In this document: positions 27,425 through 35,302 of the stretch, piece after piece
Layout of the letters: each line of letters opens with the position of its first letter
Numbering within the stretch: position 1 is the first letter of the stretch
Virus record (IMG/VR): IMGVR_UViG_3300017700_000644
Location: 1 to 40,054 of that record
Origin: a virus
Lineage: Duplodnaviria > Caudoviricetes
Reading direction: 5' to 3' (one strand)
Length of the DNA: 40,054 nt
The notes under the pieces: generated by a model
What the model saw: only the letters and a program-made list of their open reading frames with translations
Told to the model about the DNA's origin: nothing
Databases searched by the model: none
Position numbers and translations under genes: made by a program

Positions 27425-29049
27425 TGGCTCAGATTCCTCGCAAGACATATCCCGAGCTTTCGGCCCTCACCGCACCCGTTCAAGGCGGTGACGTTCTGGC
27501 GGCCTATCGCTCGCCCGGTCCCCTCAAGCGGGTAACAGCCGCTATGCTGCTCGACTACGTTCAGGACGCGTTTGCCGAACCAGACGGCGCGGACCTTGTG
27601 GGATTCAACGCGGATGTAACCGGGTCAGTTGATCGCACAGTTCAAGCCAAGCTGACCGACTTCCGCACGTTTGAAGACTTCGGCGCGGTGGGCGACTATG
27701 ACAGCGGAACCGGAACCGGAACAGACGACACGCTGAAAATCCAGGCCGCGATTGATTGGGCTTACGGCGGCGGTGCGGCGGCTGCTCGCGCTATCCTCAT
27801 GACGGCCAAGAACTTCCTGACCGGCCCGCTGACGCTCTATCCAACGACTTGCATCATCGGGACCGGTTCCCACACGTCCGCTTTCTGGTGCAAGACTGGA
27901 TCGACGGGACGCTTTATCACCGACAACGGGCAAGCCGCGAAAATCAACTTGTCGGGCTTCACTGTCTATGGGCGGAACAACGCGGCTATTACGTCGGGTA
28001 TATACCTCGGCAACGGGGGCGGCCCGAACGCTCAGTTCGGAACGGAGGGGCTGCTTAAGGACGTTATTGTCCGCGACTTCATCAACGGCGACGGGTGGAA
28101 CGTAAACGCCAACGTGGGCCGGTTCCAGAACCTGACGGGCCAAAGCTGCCGCCGTAATGTTTACATCACCGGCACGGCCAACAAGGTGTTCTGCGTCGAG
28201 AGCATGCAGGCCGGTGAAGGCACGACGGGGGCGATCACCAACGGCCCTGCGGACATTATCGGGCTAGACCTCCTTGGCTGCTTGGTCGATCAAATGGAGA
28301 TCGAAGCGACAGTTACGGGCGGTATTCCCCTGCGGATGAGCGGCAATTGTCATGTAGATAAGTACGTAATCTCGTCAGCCAGCGGGACGGTTTTCAGTCA
28401 TCTGGTCGAGATTGACATAAGCGTCTATGATGAATGGTCTCTTGGGGCCGCTGTCCTGTTGGTCACAGGAACCCCTGTGGTCATCACCAACGGCATCCTT
28501 AAGGTAGGATCGCTTTACCAAGGCGGGACGAGCCCCCTGACATTCTCTGGCCGGTCCATTTCCTCGGCCATAGAGGTTCAGTCCGGTTCGTTCAGGATGA
28601 GAAACGCCCTTTATCAGGCGATCACCGTGCAAATCTACAACGACGGAGGCACGGTCAAACACCGGATCGGTTCTCTGGCGGACGCCAGTTTGGCCGGGAC
28701 CTACTGCACAAAGATTTCCGGCTCCAGCACAAGCCTTACGGTCACGCCTACGGGCGCGGCTGCTTTTGCTGCTGGCGCGTCGATTCTCGGAAGTGGTGGT
28801 CAAGTCGCTTTGAACACGACCAATCCTCAGGCCGAAGCGACCCAAACCGTCAGCGCCTTCCTCACTCTCAACACCACGACGACGGCGCTCAACGTAGCGG
28901 TTTTGGTGTATGATGCGACCGTTGGCGGCGTCAGCGCAAAGCGGATGGTTCTGGAAGTCCGCAACGCTGCTACGGGCGCATTTTACAACATAACTTCTAT
29001 GCCTTCGGGCGCGTTTCTCACGGTCGGAATGACCGGGTTTATTCTGTAA
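27424..29049 (+). CDS. Tailspike / beta-helix depolymerase (pectate-lyase-like)
   Basis: RTVQAKLTD...FEDFGAVGD...DDTLKIQAAID signature. Confidence 0.85.
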   Translation: MAQIPRKTYPELSALTAPVQGGDVLAAYRSPGPLKRVTAAMLLDYVQDAFAEPDGADLVGFNADVTGSVDRTVQAKLTDFRTFEDFGAVGDYDSGTGTGTDDTLKIQAAIDWAYGGGAAAARAILMTAKNFLTGPLTLYPTTCIIGTGSHTSAFWCKTGSTGRFITDNGQAAKINLSGFTVYGRNNAAITSGIYLGNGGGPNAQFGTEGLLKDVIVRDFINGDGWNVNANVGRFQNLTGQSCRRNVYITGTANKVFCVESMQAGEGTTGAITNGPADIIGLDLLGCLVDQMEIEATVTGGIPLRMSGNCHVDKYVISSASGTVFSHLVEIDISVYDEWSLGAAVLLVTGTPVVITNGILKVGSLYQGGTSPLTFSGRSISSAIEVQSGSFRMRNALYQAITVQIYNDGGTVKHRIGSLADASLAGTYCTKISGSSTSLTVTPTGAAAFAAGASILGSGGQVALNTTNPQAEATQTVSAFLTLNTTTTALNVAVLVYDATVGGVSAKRMVLEVRNAATGAFYNITSMPSGAFLTVGMTGFIL

Positions 29050-29061
29050 GGAGACCGTGCA

Positions 29062-29178
29062 ATGACCGATGAAGGACCAGGGGGACATCCCGCTCCACCG
29101 CCTCCCCCGCTCTGCCCCATCTGCAACAAGCAGCATACGGGCGCTTGTCCTGAACAGCCGGAAGGCCCGCCCGAGTGA
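29062..29178 (+). CDS. Pro-rich, Cys/His micropeptide (38 aa, not in ORF track)
   Basis: TAAGGAG RBS; MTDEGPGGHPAPPPPPLCPICNKQHTGACPEQPEGPPE; GTGA overlap with the next gene. Confidence 0.55.
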   Translation: MTDEGPGGHPAPPPPPLCPICNKQHTGACPEQPEGPPE

Positions 29179-29633
29179 TTGGCTTCGGCATAGCGTTGGC
29201 GGTTGTCTGCGCTCTGTCCCTCTTTGACCGGAGAGCCCTTCCGTACGCCCTGTTGCTCTCCGCTGGTTGGCTTCTGGGTTTCGGTCCCGCTGAGGCTTGG
29301 CCCTTTGTAAGCATCCTGTCGGGCTTGGGCTTTGTCTGGCTGCTGCGGAAGGGTGGGCCGCCGTGGGCTTGGATCGCCGCCTGCTGTGTTCCCCCAATGC
29401 TACTTTGTGACGCAATCTATTTCTGGATGCTATCTCAGGGCGTGTATTTGGGGCCTGAATATGCAACAACTCTGAATACGTTGTTTGCCGTGCAATTGCT
29501 GGCGATTGGCTGGCCGGGAGCATTGAGGGGTGGGCGATCCTTTGTTTCTTGGCTGTGCCGCCCTCGCGGGCGCTCTGTGGATTGCCTGCCTGCTCAGCGT
29601 GTCAGCGGGCAAGGTTCCCGAGACGGACGATAA
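29175..29633 (+). CDS. Multi-pass membrane protein
   Basis: 4-5 hydrophobic helices. Confidence 0.6.
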   Translation: MIGFGIALAVVCALSLFDRRALPYALLLSAGWLLGFGPAEAWPFVSILSGLGFVWLLRKGGPPWAWIAACCVPPMLLCDAIYFWMLSQGVYLGPEYATTLNTLFAVQLLAIGWPGALRGGRSFVSWLCRPRGRSVDCLPAQRVSGQGSRDGR

Positions 29634-29667
29634 GGAAGCGGACGAACCCGCAAGGAAAGACTGAACC

Positions 29668-30003
29668 GTGGACGCAGAGCCAGTGCCAATGACCATCAGT
29701 ATGTTGCCCCTGCTCTCGCTCGGGATGGCTATCCTTGTGCAAACAGGGGTGGTCGCGTTCTTTGGCGGCAAACTGTCTCAGCGCATGACTTCTGCGGAGG
29801 CTCGGATTGTCGAGCAAGACCTTCAGATAGAGCGCAAGATCGGAGATCAGTCGGCGTTGGTTGAGAAGGTGGTTCGGCTCCAGGTTCAGATGGAACACGC
29901 GACAAACGGCATTGAGAAGGTAGGGCATACGTTGGAGGGCGTGAACCGCCAACTAGGCAACATCGCTATGGGTCGGGTTGGTCAGGGTGGAGAATTGCCG
30001 TGA
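29668..30003 (+). CDS. TM plus coiled-coil protein (lysis region)
   Basis: N-terminal TM followed by a coiled coil, upstream of holin and lysin. Confidence 0.6.
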   Translation: MDAEPVPMTISMLPLLSLGMAILVQTGVVAFFGGKLSQRMTSAEARIVEQDLQIERKIGDQSALVEKVVRLQVQMEHATNGIEKVGHTLEGVNRQLGNIAMGRVGQGGELP

Positions 30004-30305
30004 AGGGCGCGAAGGATTACGAGGTTCTTGACGCTGTAGTCGTCATCTTCGCGCTGGCGATCATCGCGTTTATCGCGTGGGCGTTGGTGTTTCGGACGGT
30101 TCCAGAGAACCAGCTCGCCATCCTTGCTTCTATCGCTTCCGGCATTCTCGGAGGCATTGTTGGAGCCTATTGCGGGTATCGGTGGGCCACGTCCAAGCAG
30201 GCCAGCGAGACTATCGCGAATCTGGCTGTGAAAAACTCGACTCCGCAGGAGGTTACGGTCATGAACGATACCGATAGTCCCGTGCCAGTGGAGGGGCCGC
30301 AATGA
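30000..30305 (+). CDS. Putative holin
   Basis: Two TM helices (VPENQLAIL...GAYCGY); immediately upstream of the endolysin. Confidence 0.65.
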   Translation: MKGAKDYEVLDAVVVIFALAIIAFIAWALVFRTVPENQLAILASIASGILGGIVGAYCGYRWATSKQASETIANLAVKNSTPQEVTVMNDTDSPVPVEGPQ

Positions 30306-30892
30306 GCCAGAAAGACGTTGATAACGAATCATTCGCCCGAACAGCCCAAGAGTGGCTTGGCGTTCCTGTTGACGGCCATGCAGGGGTTCTGACCCTCGCG
30401 GCCTTCCTCGCCAAGACGGGTCACAACGGCGTCAGGGTTGTAACGAGCGGAAAGCACGTCAGCCCTAAAGGCATTGCGCTGATCCACTCTTTCGAGTCGT
30501 GCAAGTTGACGGCCTATGCTGATCCTGGCTCTGCTGACGGCAGGCCGCACACGATAGGTTGGGGCTCTACGGGGCCTGATATTCGCCTTGGCATGACGTG
30601 GACGCAAAAGCAGGCTGATGAGCGGTTCGCGGCTGACCTTGGCTCGTTTGAAAAGGCGGTTTCCAACCTTGCTCCCAAGACGACACAGAACCAGTTCGAT
30701 GCGCTTGTGTCTTTTGCCTACAACGTCGGCACTCAGGCTCTGAGAACCTCCACGCTGCTGCGGATGCACAACGCGGGCGACTATGCGGGGGCCAAGGCGC
30801 AGTTTGCGCGGTGGAACAAGAACGACGGCAAGGTGATGCCGGGACTGACGCGACGACGGGCTGCCGAAGCCCAATTGTACGGAGAGCCCTGA
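30302..30892 (+). CDS. Endolysin, GH24 lysozyme with a short N-terminal PG-binding-like motif
   Basis: FESCKLTAYADPG...TIGWGST, QNQFDALVSFAYNVG, GLTRRRAAE; N-terminal QEWLGVPVDGHAG. Confidence 0.93.
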   Translation: MSQKDVDNESFARTAQEWLGVPVDGHAGVLTLAAFLAKTGHNGVRVVTSGKHVSPKGIALIHSFESCKLTAYADPGSADGRPHTIGWGSTGPDIRLGMTWTQKQADERFAADLGSFEKAVSNLAPKTTQNQFDALVSFAYNVGTQALRTSTLLRMHNAGDYAGAKAQFARWNKNDGKVMPGLTRRRAAEAQLYGEP

Positions 30893-31122
30893 TGAGTCCG
30901 CTTGCCGCTATCGACGCCCTGCTAGACCCGATCATCGTCAGCGCGAACAAGGTCCGAGAGGTTCGGGACTCCCTGCCTGTCGTCGCTTGGCAGATTGTCC
31001 CGCTTCCGATTCGTGGGCCGCTAGACGCTCTATTCGCCGCCGTGGAGGCTTATGACCGCAAGATAGGCTTGCTGAAGGCTGCGGGCCTGATCGGTGACGA
31101 TGTAGGGACTGACGCTCCCTAG
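30892..31122 (+). CDS. Hypothetical protein after the endolysin
   Basis: TGATG coupling; no lipobox seen. Confidence 0.55.
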   Translation: MSPLAAIDALLDPIIVSANKVREVRDSLPVVAWQIVPLPIRGPLDALFAAVEAYDRKIGLLKAAGLIGDDVGTDAP

Positions 31123-31202
31123 CGGTCCTTATCCATCAGGATGGAAATCTGGCACCCTATAACAAGGATCAGAAACACGGCTAGAGATACGAGGAAGATC
31201 AT
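31119..31202 (-). CDS. Single-TM micropeptide (27 aa, not in ORF track)
   Basis: ATGA overlap; MIFLVSLAVFLILVIGCQISILMDKDR; stop overlaps the convergent gene stop in CTAG. Confidence 0.45.
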   Translation of the reverse strand: MIFLVSLAVFLILVIGCQISILMDKDR

Positions 31203-31498
31203 TCAGACCCCCCTACAATAGGAAGAGCTGCTCTGGCGATGTCCGCCGCTTCAAGTCTGGCGGCTCGGGCGCCCTTGTCGAAGTCATCACCCCCAACGAC
31301 GGACAGCGAAGCCAGATCGGCAATCTCCTCCAGTGCCCCTTCAGCAGCACGAAGGCGGCGGGACAGGTCTTCGAGCATGTCGGCGGCGTCTTCCTTCAGC
31401 ACGTTGTCGCAGTTGGCGCACCCGCCGTGATGGGGCGACGACGTGTCTTCGCGAAGCCGGGCACACAGCCTTTCCAGTTCTCCAAGGTCAGCGGTCAT
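31199..31498 (-). CDS. Hypothetical protein
   Basis: MTADLGELERL...ALEEIA...ARAAL phage-typical pattern; GGGAG RBS. Confidence 0.6.
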   Translation of the reverse strand: MTADLGELERLCARLREDTSSPHHGGCANCDNVLKEDAADMLEDLSRRLRAAEGALEEIADLASLSVVGGDDFDKGARAARLEAADIARAALPIVGGSE

Positions 31499-31679
31499 GG
31501 GTTTCACTCCCGCTCGCTGCGGCGAGAGTTTCGACGCATCGGCTCCAATGCCGCCGTGCTTCCCGCCGAGCGGCCTCGGACGCGCTCTGGTCATGGGTGC
31601 GCTGCCAGTGATCGCGTTCCACCAGCAACTCTGCGCGCGTCATCTGAGCGAAGGGCTTGTTCGTCGGTTCGCCCATCAC
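31488..31679 (-). CDS. Hypothetical protein
   Basis: GGAGGGGAG RBS; coupled to the upstream stop. Confidence 0.5.
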   Translation of the reverse strand: MMGEPTNKPFAQMTRAELLVERDHWQRTHDQSASEAARREARRHWSRCVETLAAASGSETHDR

Positions 31680-32218
31680 TCCCCTCCTTCACTATTAGCC
31701 GTAGTGTTTTGTGCAGTCGCTTCGCTCCTACCCACCGCATCAGCTTCAGCGGCTGTTCTGGCCTTCAAAATGGCGATGCAGAGGGCCAGCGGAGCGGTGT
31801 TTCCCGTCGCGGCCTCCTGCCCTCCAGCAGGGCCGAACGTGGCCCAATAGGGCGCGTACACGGCCTCCAGCGGCGGCAGACGATGAACGCGCCAGTACCC
31901 GCCCGGCAGAACACGATCAGCCAAAGCCAGAGCGGCGTCTATGCTTTGGGTCAGGCGCGGCGGATCGCGGTAAATGCTGGTTCCGTGGAGGCCATCCAGT
32001 TTCGGAGAGCCGTCACCGTTGAGGCCGATGAAGTCTTCTGGTGCGATCCAGCCGCCCGCGCTCCCTCGCATATGGCGGGGCTCAACGCGATGCCAGCAGA
32101 AGTGACGGGCCAGCAGACCGTCAATCTCCCGACTGCCCACGGAAGCAGCCTCCAGCCGTGCAACAATCTCGGTGGGGATCGGCGTCTTCGCCGATGAACC
32201 CTGATGATCCTGGCTCAT
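31676..32218 (-). CDS. Phage ABA-sandwich-like protein
   Basis: RLEAASVGSREIDGLL...P.LTQSIDAALALA..VLPG...TAPLALCIAILKA. Confidence 0.7.
   Translation of the reverse strand: MSQDHQGSSAKTPIPTEIVARLEAASVGSREIDGLLARHFCWHRVEPRHMRGSAGGWIAPEDFIGLNGDGSPKLDGLHGTSIYRDPPRLTQSIDAALALADRVLPGGYWRVHRLPPLEAVYAPYWATFGPAGGQEAATGNTAPLALCIAILKARTAAEADAVGRSEATAQNTTANSEGGE
31711..31735 (-). repeat. Hairpin element copy A: GTGGGTAG-GA-GCGAAGC-GA-CTGCAC
   Basis: Read directly; member of the 7-copy family. Confidence 0.8.
32172..32199 (+). repeat. Hairpin element copy E: GTGGGGAT-CGGCG-TCTT-CGCCG-ATGAAC
   Basis: Read directly. Confidence 0.8.
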
Positions 32219-32397
32219 GACCGCTCTCCAGACTGAAGGGAAAGGATGGTGTTGACGGCCACATCGAGCGAGACCATGCGATTACGATAGGCGATCAACG
32301 CCAGTTCCAGCTTCGCCCGGTCTACTGGCTCTGGGGCGGGATGGGCTTGGTTCACGTCGCTACGCGCCGTACCCACTGAGTTTGCAGTGCTAGTCAT
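32215..32397 (-). CDS. Hypothetical protein (N-terminus encoded by hairpin element B)
   Basis: GGAGG RBS before ATG at 32397. Confidence 0.5.
   Translation of the reverse strand: MTSTANSVGTARSDVNQAHPAPEPVDRAKLELALIAYRNRMVSLDVAVNTILSLQSGERS
32350..32376 (-). repeat. Hairpin element copy B: GTGGGTAC-GGC-GCGTAGC-GAC-GTGAAC
   Basis: Read directly. Confidence 0.8.
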
Positions 32398-32725
32398 GCT
32401 GCCTCCGGTGTCTGGCATTTTCTTCGATCTCGATACGAAGGCGCTTCATGGTCTGGCGGTCGCGGGCGTCTCGGGCATCGCGACCAAAGCCCCACGCCCA
32501 AGCGTTCTGCCGGTCCATCTTCTGCCGGTAGTCGCGCGACCACGCCTTTTTCGCGTAGGCCAAGGCGTCGTCGGCCCACTCAAGGCGGGTGACGTTTTGC
32601 TTGATCCAGAGCAGATAGGCCGGGTCAAACTTCGCCACCGACTCGACGGTGAGCCCCTGGTACTTGCCGAACGTGAGCGGCGTGGTCAGACCGAGGGCCG
32701 GGGCTCGTTCTGTGGTGGTGTTCAT
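32390..32725 (-). CDS. DUF3820 / ExoX C-terminal-like domain protein
   Basis: LTFGKYQGLTVESV...DPAYLLWI motif. Confidence 0.65.
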   Translation of the reverse strand: MNTTTERAPALGLTTPLTFGKYQGLTVESVAKFDPAYLLWIKQNVTRLEWADDALAYAKKAWSRDYRQKMDRQNAWAWGFGRDARDARDRQTMKRLRIEIEENARHRRQHD

Positions 32726-33165
32726 CAGCTTGTCCATCCGGGGCGCTCCACTTCCTTGCGGGCATCAGTGATGCAGGCGGCGCAGACGCGACCCGCGAAG
32801 CCAACCCGCTGCGTCTCCACGTCGGACGCTTCGCAACGGCTGCACAGCCGCGTGGCCGCTTCTAGCGCCTGTTCGTCGAAGAACGGCGGCACGTCCACGG
32901 CGAGGCCGTCAGGCCCCCACACGTAGATCATGGCGGTGGCCCCTCCCCTCTCATGGGGTCGGGCGAGCGTCTGAGCGGTCCAGCCGCGCGGACCATGCAG
33001 GCGCATCGCCCGGTCTTCGCTTTCGCTCTCGCCGTAGGTCGGCTCATGCGTCCAGCCCGCCGCGATGGCATCGGCTCGCCACTGACGGACGCCAGCCAGC
33101 GCAGCCTCGGATTCGATCGCGCTCCTGAAACCGTGTTCACCTTTCGGAGTATAAGGCTCGCCCAT
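32725..33165 (-). CDS. Hypothetical protein with C-terminal Zn finger
   Basis: CSRC...VGFAGRVCAAC. Confidence 0.65.
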   Translation of the reverse strand: MGEPYTPKGEHGFRSAIESEAALAGVRQWRADAIAAGWTHEPTYGESESEDRAMRLHGPRGWTAQTLARPHERGGATAMIYVWGPDGLAVDVPPFFDEQALEAATRLCSRCEASDVETQRVGFAGRVCAACITDARKEVERPGWTS

Positions 33166-33336
33166 CTATTTGCTCCCAGCGGGGGTGGCGGGGGTGGCTC
33201 TGCTGGCCAGCATCCGAAGCATGTCGGCGCATTCCCGGAGGGTTTCACGGCGTCCCGGTTTCGGTGCGGCCTCCATTTCGGCCATCGTTTCCCATGTTTC
33301 AGCCACCTCAAGGGCCAGCGCCTCGGAGATACCCAT
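33166..33336 (-). CDS. Hypothetical protein
   Basis: GGAGG RBS; TGATG coupling; [12 protein letters not shown]. Confidence 0.55.
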   Translation of the reverse strand: MGISEALALEVAETWETMAEMEAAPKPGRRETLRECADMLRMLASRATPATPAGSK

Positions 33337-33734
33337 CAGTCGTTTCCTCCGAGCATGTGCCGCACCATTTCGGTTGCCTGCGTGTGATCGAGCAGGTTTG
33401 TCCCGCTCGGCCAGTGCTGTGGGTGCAGCCGTTCCTTGTCGAAGTGGACCCCGCCATCTGGATTGAAGTTCGCGGGCAGACGCCACGTCAGGAAACGATC
33501 AACCATCCGGGCGAGAACAGCCCCCTCCGCGTCTCCGGTGGGGACGGACGGCGAAGCCGGGAGTGCGCTAAAACCATCATCAGGGACTGCTGAGAGGGCG
33601 CGGAGGATGGCGGTCGCGCAAGAGTTCAGGCCAGCGACGCGGGCAAGCGATGGGCTGTGCTTCGACATGACGTAGGTGTGCTTTTCGATCAGGTCAGCGA
33701 CCATTTCGATTTGCTCGGGCGTTGGATCGCTCAT
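33336..33734 (-). CDS. Hypothetical chimeric protein (two segments joined at hairpin element D)
   Basis: C-terminal [19 protein letters not shown]...PSGTNLL motif follows the element. Confidence 0.65.
   Translation of the reverse strand: MSDPTPEQIEMVADLIEKHTYVMSKHSPSLARVAGLNSCATAILRALSAVPDDGFSALPASPSVPTGDAEGAVLARMVDRFLTWRLPANFNPDGGVHFDKERLHPQHWPSGTNLLDHTQATEMVRHMLGGND
33538..33568 (+). repeat. Hairpin element copy D: GTGGGGAC-GGA-CGGCGAAGCCG-GGA-GTGCGC
   Basis: Read directly. Confidence 0.7.
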
Positions 33735-34267
33735 CGTCCCGCCCCTTCCGCAGGAGGAGTGGGAAGGACGCGGTAGGCGATGATGTCTTCTTCCCAGTCG
33801 CTGTTCGGCGCGAACCATGCCCACGCGTAGGTTTCCGACCATCCCTCGTTTTCAGTGTCGTCTCTCAGTCGGACGCGAACCTCCTTCCCTGGAACCGGAT
33901 TCTCCCCGCCAGCCCACTCGATCCAGTCCGTCTCCACCTGTTCAGCGGGACTGACGGGGGCTTGGTGGGCGAGGGCGTTGGCCAACTGGATCGAGAGCCA
34001 GCGGATGCGGTCCTTCGCAGCGGTCTGGAATACGATCAGGTCGAGGCTGTTGCGGTCCGCCATGAACTGCGCGTTCGCAAGCTCGAAGTCCGTCATGTGG
34101 CCCATGCCAAGCTCAGTGCGATCCTGATGGCCGTAGCGAGCCACAAACCTCGTCCACGCGTCCTCATCGACACAATGACCGGCAGGCCGTTCAGCTACAG
34201 CAGCCGCATCCTGACCCTCGGTAGGTAGGAGCGCGTCTTGCGCGACTGCACCCTGATCTTCAGGCAT
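33731..34267 (-). CDS. Hypothetical modular protein (C-terminal WIEWAGGENPV...DIIAYRV domain)
   Basis: AAAGGAG RBS before ATG at 34267; a common phage C-terminal domain. Confidence 0.7.
   Translation of the reverse strand: MPEDQGAVAQDALLPTEGQDAAAVAERPAGHCVDEDAWTRFVARYGHQDRTELGMGHMTDFELANAQFMADRNSLDLIVFQTAAKDRIRWLSIQLANALAHQAPVSPAEQVETDWIEWAGGENPVPGKEVRVRLRDDTENEGWSETYAWAWFAPNSDWEEDIIAYRVLPTPPAEGAGR
34221..34251 (+). repeat. Hairpin element copy F: GTAGGTAG-GA-GCGCG-TCT-TGCGC-GA-CTGCAC
   Basis: Read directly; outer arms almost identical to copy A. Confidence 0.8.
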
Positions 34268-34311
34268 GGCGAACTCCTTTTCTACCTGTAGGGCGGTGAG
34301 AGACGGGCTGG

Positions 34312-34461
34312 TCATGACCACGCCCCGAAAAGGCAGATCGCGCCCAAGCCGTTGAGCAGATACCGGCCCACCCGCGCATGGCCCTCGCTGACCGAGGAAG
34401 TAACCAGCGGCGACACCGCGAGCAGCAGGGTGCCGACAGCAGCAAGAATGACGTTCGCCAT
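34312..34461 (-). CDS. Small two-TM membrane protein (49 aa, not in ORF track)
   Basis: TGATG and ATGA coupling; MANVILAAVGTLLLAVSPLV...YLLNGLGAICLFGAWS. Confidence 0.5.
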   Translation of the reverse strand: MANVILAAVGTLLLAVSPLVTSSVSEGHARVGRYLLNGLGAICLFGAWS

Positions 34462-34934
34462 CACGCAGCCCCCAGCTTGTCGGATAGGGGGTCAGGGTTC
34501 ACGGCTTCCGCCGTACCCACCGAGCTTGCAGCGGTAGCCTTGATGCCGCCGTGGTCGATCACGGCCTGCGCGACGATCTCAAGCGGAACGTAGCCGTAGA
34601 CCGTCTCGGTGGGGTCAACGTCAGAACCGTCGATGTAGGGCATGAACGCCTCGACCTTGGCGCTCGGAAAGCCCACCTCGACCTCGTACCATCCGCCGTG
34701 GCTCTCGCGCGGCGAGCAGTAGTGGAAGCGGCTGGCCTGCACCGACATGCTGAACCCGTCAGCGCAGCGAACCGTCTCGGCGTGCTTCAGGTGACCCGGC
34801 GAGATCGCCTCGATCTTGGGGTCAGCGGGTCGGGTTTTCGGGTCGAGGATTGCCCGAAGGTGAGCGACGGTAGCCGCAACATCACCGGCCGGTATGGAGG
34901 CTGCGTCAGCAGCCGTAATGCACCCATCACTCAT
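34461..34934 (-). CDS. Conserved hypothetical phage protein
   Basis: CADGFSMSVQASRFHYCSPR...EVEVGFPS...TVYGYVP...HGGI motif. Confidence 0.8.
   Translation of the reverse strand: MSDGCITAADAASIPAGDVAATVAHLRAILDPKTRPADPKIEAISPGHLKHAETVRCADGFSMSVQASRFHYCSPRESHGGWYEVEVGFPSAKVEAFMPYIDGSDVDPTETVYGYVPLEIVAQAVIDHGGIKATAASSVGTAEAVNPDPLSDKLGAA
34497..34520 (-). repeat. Hairpin element copy C: GTGGGTAC-GGC-GGAA-GCC-GTGAAC
   Basis: Read directly. Confidence 0.8.
34888..34923 (+). repeat. Hairpin element copy G: GCCGGTAT-GGA-GGCTGC-GTCA-GCAGCC-GTA-ATGCAC
   Basis: Read directly; divergent 5' arm. Confidence 0.65.
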
Positions 34935-34980
34935 GGCTAAATCTCCATTTCCAGTTGTCCGTCTATTGGTGCTGCTGCTC

Positions 34981-35163
34981 TCACGACATAACCCACAGAG
35001 ACAAAGCTACAGCCGGAACAGCCACAGCAATAAACAGAACCATCCAGACAGGTGTTTCAGAACGGGGCTTGGCGGGCTCAAAACTCCAACCCTTTCCGCC
35101 TCCCTGGTTCGTCCGTTGGGCTGCGATGTATGTTGCGCTTGCGGAAGTGAAGGGGTCAGCCAT
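34981..35163 (-). CDS. Small membrane protein
   Basis: C-terminal TM helix. Confidence 0.5.
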   Translation of the reverse strand: MADPFTSASATYIAAQRTNQGGGKGWSFEPAKPRSETPVWMVLFIAVAVPAVALSLWVMS

Positions 35164-35302
35164 TGGCGATAGCCTCGGCTAACTTAATGGTCCACGCGTT
35201 GATCCGGCTGACGCGGATTTCCACAACAGGATCATCACCCGCCGATTCCATGAACGCTTCCATAGCGTCAATGACTTCCTCGATGTTTTCAGGGTCAATC
35301 AT
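35156..35302 (-). CDS. Hypothetical protein
   Basis: AGGGAG RBS; MIDPENIEEV... Confidence 0.5.
   Translation of the reverse strand: MIDPENIEEVIDAMEAFMESAGDDPVVEIRVSRINAWTIKLAEAIANG

Noticed and set aside
34605-34628. CTCGGTGGGGTCAACGTCAGAACC, similar to the element 5' arm
   Set aside because: No pairing stem, and it lies inside a conserved coding motif (DPTETVYGYVP).
31711-34923. Interpreting the hairpin family as a CRISPR array, classical attC sites or intrinsic terminators
   Set aside because: Spacing is irregular (150-1160 bp) and orientations are mixed. There are no RYYYAAC/GTTRRRY boxes and no cas or intI gene. U-tracts are absent, and the copies lie within ORFs.
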